Positions 25,328 to 35,452 of a stretch of 64,000 nucleotides of DNA are shown here, piece by piece. Positions within the stretch are counted from its first letter, which is position 1; every line of letters begins with the position of its first letter. The position numbers were made by a program, and so were the translations under genes. The notes beneath the pieces were generated by a model that saw only the letters and a program-made list of their open reading frames with translations, searched no databases and was not told where the DNA came from. Source of the stretch: Macrostomum hystrix (lineage: Eukaryota > Animalia > Platyhelminthes); contig CATNEN010000032.1 of NCBI GenBank assembly GCA_950097015.1, positions 434,001 to 498,000 of the forward strand, read 5' to 3'.

Positions 25328-27890
25328 ATGGCCCAACCAACAGTTTTTGACCATCTTATTGCTTATCTTGAGCACCCATTCTTTCAAATCCCAGTGATTT
25401 CATTTTGTGAACAGAAATGCATCTGTAAGTTCACGGTGTTTTCTATAACTTTCTTTTTATCTTTATATATTTTTTCTAATAATGAGAAAGAAAGACAAAA
25501 ATATATCTAAGAATACATGTCATTGCCTATATATTTCACATTTTTATCAATTCCTAGAAACTTAAAGTTCTTTGAAATTTACAAGCAATATACAGAAAGA
25601 AAACCAGCTGAATATATATTTTATACCACTTCAAATTGCATATGTTCTTTTAATGCAGCTATCTTTATAGATAACTAATACATTATAACTAATAACTAAT
25701 AGATCCTAATCGATAACTTGTGTTGGATGGTTAAACACTATTGATAAAGAATAAATATTGATCATTGTGTATACAAAATTATGGGCATTAAAGTTTACAT
25801 CCGTCTGCAAAAGTCAATCTAAAAATAAATATTTTTCTTTATGATTTTAGGTTTCAACCCGGGAATGGACGATTGTGCAGAGTATAAAAAAATTCACAAA
25901 GAATACATTGAAGTGGTAGGTCGCAATACATTTTTTAAAATGGCAATTGTTGATGAGTTCATATTCATAATGTAAAATTACATCCTTTGCTTTGAACTAG
26001 CAGTGAAATATTTTCGTTCATCGATTTAAAACGAATAAACTAAGTATACGTATGCCACTATGGGATGTACAAAAAGCAGGCATATTTTGCACACAAATTA
26101 TTTTATGCGATCTACTTTTTTACTTGGCAATCACAATACAGCTCACAGCCATTCTGGACGCCTTTCGCGAGGACATGAAGCTGACACACGAGCAGGTGAT
26201 TAAAGCGGTGCAGGACATCGACAGCGTGCAGTCAGACTTGCGCGAATTCTTTCGCGGCATCGAGCAGGTGCTGGCTATGGAGAGCTACCCGCTGTTCGTG
26301 CGCATGATGCAGCGCAGCAATATTGAGCTGCAGGAGCAGGCTCTGCTGCTCATCCTGCAGCGACACGGCGGCGTTGGTGGCAGCAGCGTTGGTTCATCTG
26401 TCTCTGGTCAGAACGAGAGCGAAGATGAAATTCTGGCGCTGGTGCTGCGCCAATCCAAGCAGGAATTCGAGCGCGAGGAGGCGGCCAGACGGAGGCACGC
26501 GGCATCGGAGGAGGAATCGCTGATTAGTCGTCAGGAGGCCGAAGCCATCGGGGAGGCGCAGCGACGCGAGCGAGTCAGACTGGAGAAGGTGCGTGTCCGT
26601 GCTTGAGTACGTGCTCAAGGCTCAGCCGAGTCAAATGCCCTGAGCCCCAATCCGATCCTGCAAAATGGATAAGTCATTTTGGATAATAACTGCAATCTGA
26701 ATAAAAACAGCTTCTTCCACCCGGTCTCAATTTTAGGAAATCGAACGACTGGCCGTGTCTGATGACCCGCCGGCAGCGCGCTCCTCCTCCGATCGTCGGC
26801 AGCAACGCGGCGCCGGCGATTCTTCTGCGTCGTCGACGTTCTCGCGTCCGGACGACTTTGTCCTGCCACCGGGCGTCGGCGTGGCGGCTGCGGCGTCCGC
26901 CAGTGGCGGCTCGCGCGGTTCCCGCGGCGGCGGACGGGTGGCGGGCGTAGAAGATAAGCGGGGCAAGGTGGCCTCGGAAATGGCGGTGAGTTGCTGGGCT
27001 CTGTTTAGCCCTTTGATGACGCCGAAAAAACTTTTTTCTATGGTCTACTACTTCCATCGTCGCTTTGACAATGCTGGAAATATTTTTTTGTTGGTGTTGT
27101 CTCTTTGATGATGCCGACAATCAATTGGTATTTTCAGTTTGATGTTTAGTGGCGCCTCTTTGATGCCGACTGTCATAACTATCCTCTCATCATTTTGACA
27201 TTGAACCAAAATGGCAGGAATCGCTTAGCAGCTTATCCCACGAGGAGATCCTCAAGCGGCAGGAGTTCCTGCGCAGCCAGCGCGACAAGCTGGTGGCCAT
27301 GAAGCAGAAGGAGCGCGAAGCTCAGCTGGCCAGGCACGAGAGGTCGGCCGGCAGGGAGCGGCCTTCGAGCGCGAGGGCTGCCCGGTCGGCTATGTCTGGC
27401 AGGCCGGTAATTTAAAGAATAAATTATGCTAATCAGTTTACTTAGTTGTGGATATTTGCTGTCTATTATGTCTTTTAGCGAATGTTTGATTAGGCGACAG
27501 TTGTGACTTATTGCCCTGTTAGATTTTCTTCTGGGAGAACCACATTTCATACGAAAGTTTTCAGCTGTGGCTATTTTTAGAACAAACTTTCAAGGAACAC
27601 ACATTTGATCGATTATTAATTGGTGCTATTTTTAGATTTTTAGAGGGAACTGTCATTCAACGACCCAAAACTAGCTGATAAAATACAGCTAAGAACATAT
27701 GGAACACCAACACCCACCAAATCTAGTTGTACAGTGTCTTTTCCTGAGAATTTTAAAATAGCACTTGGATTTCAACTTCTCGTTCTAGGACTCCGGCGCG
27801 CCAAAACGCAGCGCTGATGATGAGCGGAAGCTGGCCATGCGGCGGGCCATTGCAGCCAAGCTCAAGGAGGAGGTAATCGACTTTAAATAG
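25328..27890 (+). CDS. CFAP36: Cilia- and flagella-associated protein 36 (CCDC104, BART domain), about 382 aa
   Basis: join(25328..25424,25851..25915,26142..26588,26737..26985,27218..27406,27789..27890), all phases consistent. Motifs IPVISFCEQKC, YKKIHKEY, FVRMMQRSNIELQEQAL, RQEFLRSQRDKLVAMK, AAKLKEEVI. Confidence 0.9.
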
Positions 27891-29624
27891 TGCCTCCGCC
27901 TGCTTCGCTTACCAGTTATCACAAAAGCAAATCTACTGTGTCATGTCTTGTGTACTCTAGGAAAACATAATTAGTAACAATAATGCAGTAAATTTATAAA
28001 AAATTGTGCTTACAAGCATCCAAATAAGTCTGCGCTGATTTATTTTCGATAAAAATACTAAAATACAGGAAAATAACTTCAATAACTTCATTTTAAGCCT
28101 TCTCGCCATATATCTGATTAAAATTTAAATTCGCGCTATATTTAAAGAAGTCACGAGATAATATATGTTCTACTTAAAAAAATTGAAATTGTGCATGAGA
28201 ATTATTTTGGCAATTCTGTTTATTCAGTACAGAACATTCCATATCTACAAATTTACTTTACCTGATCGAATTTTTCTGATTCCACTTAGCTTCAGCAATG
28301 AGGCAGGGAACATTTCCCAGGTTTTACCGTCCGCACGGGAGTGAATTGTGATGCCGGAACATTCGGCAACCATCATTTATCCCGTGTCTTTTTCGATGTT
28401 GTTGCTGCTTGTCAAGCTATATTAAAATTCTACTTGCTATTTGCACATTTGCCTGCTCTTAAGTTCGGTGCAGTGTGAATTTTATAACAATTTTAACATC
28501 ACTCGATCTATCATCGATATCAATCCTTTCATTCTACACTCGTAGTTTCTAAGTTTTCAGTTTTGTTCTAAAATAGCAGATTCTGTCCATTCATCAATCT
28601 CTTTTAGCTAGAACTAAACTAAATTTATTCTTTTGTTGCTGTTGGTTACGTGTACTTCGCTCATTATATTTTGCTACACTCAGCACTTCAGACACTGGTC
28701 GTATTCCTAGAATTGTTTTAATTACCATACTTTTTTTAATTTTCACTATTACGGTTCATTCCATTCTGTTTAGAATATTTGACGTAATTATGTGAAAATA
28801 ATCAACAGAAAATAATAGTTAGATTACATACCTTTCCTAATTATTCTCAAGAAATTAAACCTTAGATAAAAATAAAAATATGAACAGACCTTCATTATAA
28901 TATCTGACACAGGAAATACAAAAACTTTCGATTACTTTATATTGGCTTATTCCACCTCGTTTAATATACGTGCTATCTACTCCTAATCGCGCTGTTGTCT
29001 TGCAATGTTTAAATAATAAACGAATAAATCGAATAATACAAGATTGATGAATTATTAGTTAAGTCATTTTCACCCGCTTAGTCACTCACGATCCACCGCT
29101 TTGATCACCGAATGGCTTTCTTGGTCTTTGCGTCACTTTCAGCTCTTTGAGCTCGCTCTCTTGAAATGGCGGATTCAGGGATTTGGTCACCAATTTTACC
29201 AGGAAACTAGTTTAAAGTAAAACTAGTTTGTGGTGAAGTTAAAAATGTAAAACATTCGAAGCTATTGTGGGGGTTAGAATTGCTAGTCAATTATACTAAA
29301 ACTTCGTTGAGTTTGTTTACCTTCTTAAGACTGTTTGTAGTCTGGTATTTATTAGTTAAATCGATGGGCGATGGAAAACCTTTCTTTCGTGTAATTTTAG
29401 ACTCTTAAGTTAATAGGCCTCGTATGTTTAGACAATACAAATATTGAAATGGGCTTTCAAATAGTTTCAAGTAGTGCAGCGTGACTGGCTGACTTAACAG
29501 AACTGGATTCTGTTAAGAAGCATACTTCAATACTTCTAAGGGCCTATATTAAAATCATGTCATCATCATCTCGTCAATTTATTAGGTGAGAATCTGAATA
29601 ACCTTGTGCTGTCTATAGTCGGTC

Positions 29625-30455
29625 ATGCGTCTGCTTCCAGCAGCGAGCTGCCTCGTTTTATCCATTCTTGCAGTGAGTTGTGCTGAAACTAGCCAGCTAG
29701 ATTTCTCTAGAATCGAAGGCTCATTGTGCATTAGAAGTGAGTTTACGAAGACCATTGACCAGTCTGCGCCGAGCTCAGAGGTGTGGTGCGCCATGCAATA
29801 CGGCAGAGCTTCGGGTTGCCAGGCCTTCACAATCTCAACTGACGGTGCGTGCCAGCTGTTCATGTTTGACAGGTGCAGCAAAGGTGTGAGAGACTGCGGC
29901 TGCACAAGGAGGTGACAGGTGAGACAGATATATGGACCCGGTGTCTCTATATAGCCAGAATATATCTAGCCGTTCCTATGCTATGCTCAGGTGTTTGTAA
30001 AGCTTCATCCGGGTTTGCCTCATGGCTCATTGTGCCCAACCGGCTACGGAGACGACCTCTGCGAGGTGAAGTACAAGATGTACTCTGGCACTCCTACTTG
30101 GGGAGACGCCAAAGCCAAGTGCGAATCAGAGAGCTGCTTGTTGGTGATCATGGCCGACGTGACAGACGCCCAGGAGATGAGCCACATCGACGCCGTCTGC
30201 AACCGGTCGCGCGCCGGCGCCTTTCTGGATGGCCGCCAGGCGCCGGGAGGCGCTGAGCCAGCCGGTGGCTGGACCTGGAGGACCTGCGACATCGCCGTGA
30301 ATGCCGGCCTGTGGAACTTGCTTTCGCCAAACAATCAAGGAGGCAACCAGCAGGTGACAGCCCGAGGCAGCACCAATAGCGGCCTGAACGATTTGAATCA
30401 TGACAGTGATCTCATCTCAAAGGTCATCTGCGAGTGCCTGTCACCATTCGACTGA
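29625..30455 (+). pseudogene. Secreted PAN/Apple-like plus C-type lectin gene with an in-frame TGA
   Basis: join(29625..29918,29991..30455), phase 0, CAG|GTGAGA donor. Signal peptide, Cys-patterned PAN-like domain, and CTLD features (TWGDAKAKC, GWTW, LNDL..VICEC). TGA at 29913-29915 lies one codon before the donor. Confidence 0.65.
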
Positions 30456-30577
30456 GAAGATTGTGTACGCAATGGGCTCACACGCAGACAGACAGACAAT
30501 TAGATGTACATCAAACGAGTACTTAGATTAAAAGAAAAATAGATACTAACAAATACAATACATATCATACAAATACA

Positions 30578-30900
30578 TGACTCACCTTTCTGACTCACCT
30601 GTATACTTCCTTACTCACCTGTATACTTCCTGACTCACCTGTGTACTTCCTGACTCACCTGTATACTTCCTGACTCACCTGTATACTTCCTGACTCACCT
30701 GTATACTTCCTGACTCACCTGTATACTTCCTGACTCACCTGTATACTTCCTGACTCACCTGTATACTTCCTGACTCACCTGTATACTTCCTGACTCACCT
30801 GTGTACTTCCTGACTCACCTGTATACTTCCTGACTCACCTGTATACTTCCTGACTCACCTGTGTACTTCCTGACTCAACTGTATACTTCCTGACAAACCT
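30578..30900 (-). repeat. 20-bp minisatellite whose unit contains a consensus 5' splice site
   Basis: Plus-strand unit TGACTCACCTGTATACTTCC reads GGAAGTATACAG|GTGAGTCA on minus; 14 intact CAG|GTGAGT copies plus one AAG|GTGAGT. Confidence 0.92.
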
Positions 30901-31051
30901 GTGTTTAATTGATTAATACGAGCTAAATCAATGATTGACATTCAAATTAATTTTCTGAAAAGCTGTGTGATGATTTTAAATATCAACAGAAATTTTTCGA
31001 GCGATAATGAATAAATAAAATGTAAGGTGTGCGGATTTTGGATTTTGCGAT

Positions 31052-34040
31052 TTAGGAGATCCGGTAGGTGACTGGGCCCAGCTTCTCGAGCACGCGGTAC
31101 GGCCCCAACCACCGCCGGCGGAGCGCCTTGGACTGGCCCTTCTGCACCGCGTATGGCGACCGCTTGGGGTGGAATGGTGTCGTCCTGGTCTTGCGAATGT
31201 TGAGCAGCCGGCACAGCTCCTGGAAGACGTCGCTTTCGAACTGGCGACCTTGATCGGAGTGGATGACCTCGGGCGACCCGTGGCGGAGGACGACGCTGCG
31301 CAGCATGGCTTCAGCGACCATGCGAGTCTCGATGTTGGTCGCTGGGGCCGCTTCGACCCACTTGGAGAACACGTCGGTGAAGCAGATGATGTACTTCAGA
31401 CCGGCCTCTGTGGCCAGCAGCGGTCCTTTGATGTCCACCTGCACCATTTCCCAGGGAGCTGACGCACGGTGTTGTCCTGCAGCGGCGCCCTCTGGTGCTG
31501 GTGCGGTACCTTGCGACGCTGGCACACCACGCAGCTGCTCACCCAGTGCTGGACGTCGTCCTTCAGGCCGGGCCACCAGGCTCTGTTGACGACCCTCGCT
31601 AGCGCCCTGTCCAGTCCGAGGTGCCCGCTTGCCGGGTCGTCGTGCAGCTGCCTCAGAAGCTCCTGGCGAAGCTGCAGCGGAATGACGGGGAAGCCGCTTC
31701 TCCTGATGACGCCGTCCTCGCCAAGCTCCAGGTTCTCCGACCTCACCAGGCTCTCTGCGTCGTCTGCGGCCCTGCCTCGCCGGGGCCTCCGTCCGATGAG
31801 CACCTGGCGAGCCGCCGCCAGCACCAGGTCATCGGCCTGCGCCGCGCTGATTTCCTCGTCCGACCAGGCGGGTGTCAGCCGGGTCGCCGCCGCCCGGCTC
31901 AGCGCGTCCGCCACCACGTTCTCGCGACGAGGCCTGAAGAGCAGTTTGAAGTTGATCTCCTGCAGGAGCGTGATCCACGTGGCCAGGCGACCTTCGGGTT
32001 CCTTGGTGTTCAGCAGCCCTTGCAGCGGCTTGTGGTTGGAGAAGACGAGAATTTCGCCGGCGGACGCCAAGTAGTTCCGGAAGTGCTTCATGGCCCACAC
32101 GACCGCCAGAAGCTCCCTGTGGGTGGTCGAGTAATTGCGCTCTGCCTTGTTCAGGACTCTCGACGCGTAGGCAACCGGGTATTCGACGCCTTCGTGGAGC
32201 TGGCTGAGGACTCCGGCGATGGCCACGCCGCTGCTGTCGCAGCGCAGCCGGAATCCCTTGGAGAAATCCGGCAGCTTCAGCACTGGGGGTGCCGACAGCG
32301 CCGACTTCAGCTCGCGCAGGGCCGCCCCGCACTCCCCCGTCCACCGAAATTGCCGACCTTTCTGAGTCGCCTGGTGCAGCGGATTCGCAATGCTGGCGAA
32401 GTGCGGCACGAACCGCCGGTAGAAGCCCAGCATGCCGACGAGCCGGCGAACTTCCTCAGCGCACTCGTGCGTCGGGATGGACTGGATGGCGCTGACCTTG
32501 TCCTGGGTTGGCTGGATCCCATCGGCCGAAATCTTGTGCCCCAGGTACTCGACCTCCTGGAAGCAGAAGCAGCTCTTGCGCTTGTTCAGCTTGAGGCCCG
32601 CCGACTGCAGCCTTACCAGGACCTCCTTCAGCGTCTGCGCGTGCTGCTCGAACGTCGTGCTGAACAGGATCAGGTCGTCCATGTAGGTGAGCACCTCCGT
32701 CCAGTTCAGCCCCGCCATCGTCAAGTCCATCAGGCGCTGGAAGGTCGTCGGGGCGTTGCAGAGGCCGAAGCCGAGCTTCCTGTACTGCATCAGGCCTTGC
32801 GTGGTGTAGAAGGCGGTCTTCTCCCGGTCCTGCTCGCGCAGCTCGACCTGCTGGAACCCTTGGCGGAGATCGAGCGTGCTGAACCAGCTGCTGCCAGTGA
32901 GCGCGTCCAGAGCGACAGACAGCGGCGGCAGCGGGTAGGCGTCCTTCACGGTGCACGAGTTGAGGGCCCTCCAGTCGGTGCAGATGCGGATCTCGTTGTT
33001 TTTCTTGCGCACCACCAGCAGATTGCTCGCCCACGGACTGCATGACGGCTCGATGATCCCGTGACGCAGCATCTCGCTGATCTTGTCGTCCACCTGCTGT
33101 CTGAAGTTCAGTGGCACTGTCCGCTGCCTGTGCTTGATGGGGCGGCTGCCGGGCTCCAGGTTGATCTCGTGCTGCAGCAGGTGCGTGGTCCCCAGGTCGA
33201 ACTCGTGACTGGCGAATGCCAGCTCATGCTGGTTCAGCAGGGCTTCGATGACCTCGCGCTGCGACCGGCTCAGATCCGGGTTGATTTTGAAGCCTCCTCC
33301 GCAGCTTCGGGCCCGTGAGGCTCGGCAGCGTCGAAGTTTCCGATGGCCTGGTTCTGGTAGAGCACCACCGGGTCGGCGCTCAGGTTGCAGACTCCCACCG
33401 GCAGGTTGCCGTCCGCGCTGGAGACCACCAGAGCCCGGTTCGGCAGCAGGCCGGTCTTGTCGACGAAGTCGGAGCTGGGCTCGAACAGACCCTGCTCAAT
33501 GGACGACGCCACCTTGACCGGGATGATGATGCGGCTGCGGGCTGGGATGGACACGGTGCTGGCGACCACGGCGGTGGGCACCACCCGGCAGGCTGGCATG
33601 GAGTTCCTGTCCGGCAGGACTGGGATCCTGGTTGACCCCAGCAGGACAGAAGACGATATGAGATCCACGCTGAAGGTTGAGCACATCTTGCTGATGGCGT
33701 CCATGCCGAGCACGCATTCCGGCTGAATGTCGGCGACCACCGTCACCGGGTGCTCCATGGGCGGCAGTCCGCCCAGCTGAATGGCCAGCGTTGCGCATGC
33801 CGGAGACTCCAAGGGTCGACCATCGATCCCGACCGGAGTGCTGAGAGGCGGATGAAGCTGAGCTGCGACTCCCAGAGCTCGAAACTGGGCAGCTGATACG
33901 AGCGTCACCTGCGCGCCGGTGTCGAACAGCCACCTGCGTGGCCGGCCTGCGATGCTGCCGGGCAGGAAGAGCGAAGCGGTTTGGGCCTTTCTAGGCAGGG
34001 CTGGTGATGGCCCGGGGTCACCAGTCCTCAGAAGTTTCCC
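31052..34040 (-). pseudogene. pol: Disrupted pol of element A (protease, RT, RNase H, partial integrase)
   Basis: Protease LFDTGA, RT LDLRQGF and YMDDL, RH CDSS and SNHKPL (TDH motif altered), IN HHCC finger, VDIKGP, HSDQG and GPY motif. Frameshifts near 33300 and 31470; in-frame deletion near 31165. Confidence 0.9.
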
Positions 34041-34864
34041 GAAGCCGGGGTCGGGCAGACCTCGGCCTGGTGCCCTTTGCCTGAGCAGCGGCTGCACATG
34101 GGTTGCACGGCTGGCGCGGCCTGCCTGGGGCACTGGGCCGCGAAATGGCCGGGCTGAGCGCAGTTAAAGCATTTCCCGCGACCACTGCCTCTCCCCCGAG
34201 CTCCTCTTCCTCGCGCACCGCGCTGTCCGCGGCTGCTGATGGTGGCGACCGTCGCAGCCAGGTCCGCCAGCTGCTCCTGCATCTGCTCCAGCCGGTCCGC
34301 CACTTGGCTGCTCACCGATGTCACCGCGATGCTTGCAGAGGCGCCTCTGCCGCCGATGCTCTCAAGCGCCGTGGCGCGGTCCGCCAGCTGCTCCGGGCTG
34401 CTGCTGCTGCAGTCAGCGTCTTTCAGCAACGCTTCACGAATCTCTTTCGACAGCAGAGCCAGCAGTCGGTGTCGCACTTCGCAGTCTCTCACCGTCTGAT
34501 CGTGGTCAGGGCGTGCCTTCCGGTACAGGAGCTTGAGAGCGTGGCACAGCTCCCTCAGCAACTCTCCTTGGCGTCGCTTCCGGCTCTCGAACTCCGACAT
34601 GGCGCAGAACGAGTTCTCCTTGCCACGGTAGAACTTGACCAGCTCGTCCTTGATGGTCGCGAAGCTCTTCTTCTTCCCCTCCGGCAGGTCCCACACGAAG
34701 ACGAGCGCCTCGCCAGATAAGAGCCGCCGGATTTTCGATGCCATCTTTTTGTCGTCCCACTCGGAATCCGTGGCGAAGTCCTCAAACATTTGCAGCCACA
34801 TGTTGATGTCGGCATCGTCTGAGCCCGAAAACTTGGGTGGCAAAAGTGCATTGGCGTGCGCCAT
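34028..34864 (-). CDS. gag: Gag of element A with two CCHC zinc knuckles
   Basis: 278-aa ORF; PPKFSG at the N-terminus; CFNCAQPGHFAAQC and CSRCSGKGHQAEVC. Confidence 0.9.
   Translation of the reverse strand: MAHANALLPPKFSGSDDADINMWLQMFEDFATDSEWDDKKMASKIRRLLSGEALVFVWDLPEGKKKSFATIKDELVKFYRGKENSFCAMSEFESRKRRQGELLRELCHALKLLYRKARPDHDQTVRDCEVRHRLLALLSKEIREALLKDADCSSSSPEQLADRATALESIGGRGASASIAVTSVSSQVADRLEQMQEQLADLAATVATISSRGQRGARGRGARGRGSGRGKCFNCAQPGHFAAQCPRQAAPAVQPMCSRCSGKGHQAEVCPTPASGNF
34034..34040 (-). other. -1 ribosomal frameshift slippery site G GGA AAC (element A)
   Basis: Heptamer in the gag frame just before the gag stop; pol is open in the -1 frame; a CTGGTGA/TCACCAG stem starts 9 nt downstream. 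Confidence 0.8.
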
Positions 34865-34885
34865 GAGTGAGTGGGCCGACTTGAG

Positions 34886-34898
34886 ACCGCTGCCACCA
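34886..34898 (-). other. Primer-binding site, tRNA-Leu (element A)
   Basis: TGGTGGCAGCGGT lies 1 nt after the LTR-terminal CA and is complementary to the 3' end of metazoan tRNA-Leu (...ACCGCTGCCACCA). Confidence 0.85.
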
Positions 34899-34899
34899 A

Positions 34900-35076
34900 T
34901 GTAAACTAAGTCAGAAGGCGAGACTTGCTCGAGAACCGAGAAAACACGTGGTGACTAAAGCCTCGAGTGAGCGACTTTATATTTGGCGATGTACACCAGA
35001 GAGTGTACATCGCATTGCACAATTTACGAAGCTAACTTACGACGCGATGCGAGAATGAATCACCGCACACCTTACA
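34900..35076 (-). repeat. 5' LTR of element A (177 bp, TG...CA)
   Basis: TGTAAG...TTTACA termini, adjacent PBS, internal ATATAAAG TATA-like motif. Confidence 0.82.
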
Positions 35077-35452
35077 AAAATAAACTGAGTGTCCACTGAA
35101 CTGTTGGTGGACACTGAATTACGGATAAATATAAATTACGAGTATATTGCTCGACTCTGAATCCAAAATCAAGTCACTTTAGGACGCAACGTTTGACATC
35201 GATCGGAATGCTTATTAGCTCGGAAGCCGGAAGAAATCTTACTGTTTCCAACGTTATAATGTACTAAAAGCTTTCTAATGATACACATTTTTATCCTTTT
35301 GTTTTTTGCGAGTTCTTAATCGTTGATTTCTAATCCATAGACTAAAAGGTAATGGGTATTAATACAAGGAATACTAAGTATTAATTTAACGCTTCATCAA
35401 AGCTCAGAGTCCACTGATAGTTACGTAATAGCCAATAAATGGTTGACTCAAA

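Larger units (their letters stand above)
31021..35076 (-). mobile_element. Ty3/Gypsy element A: defective, single LTR, ends in 14-bp terminal inverted repeats
   Basis: gag-pro-RT-RH-IN order; LTR 34900-35076; TGTAAGGTGTGCGG at 31021-31034 is the reverse complement of 35063-35076; AAAA on both flanks (31017-31020, 35077-35080); no PPT or 3' LTR found. Confidence 0.88.

Noticed and set aside
29913-29915. TGA as selenocysteine
   Set aside because: The position is not an evident redox Cys site and I could not identify a SECIS; a nonsense mutation is simpler.
31469-33045. 474-aa and 201-aa plus-strand ORFs antisense to pol of element A
   Set aside because: High GC3 codon usage of pol removes stop codons from the antisense frames; no recognisable domain.
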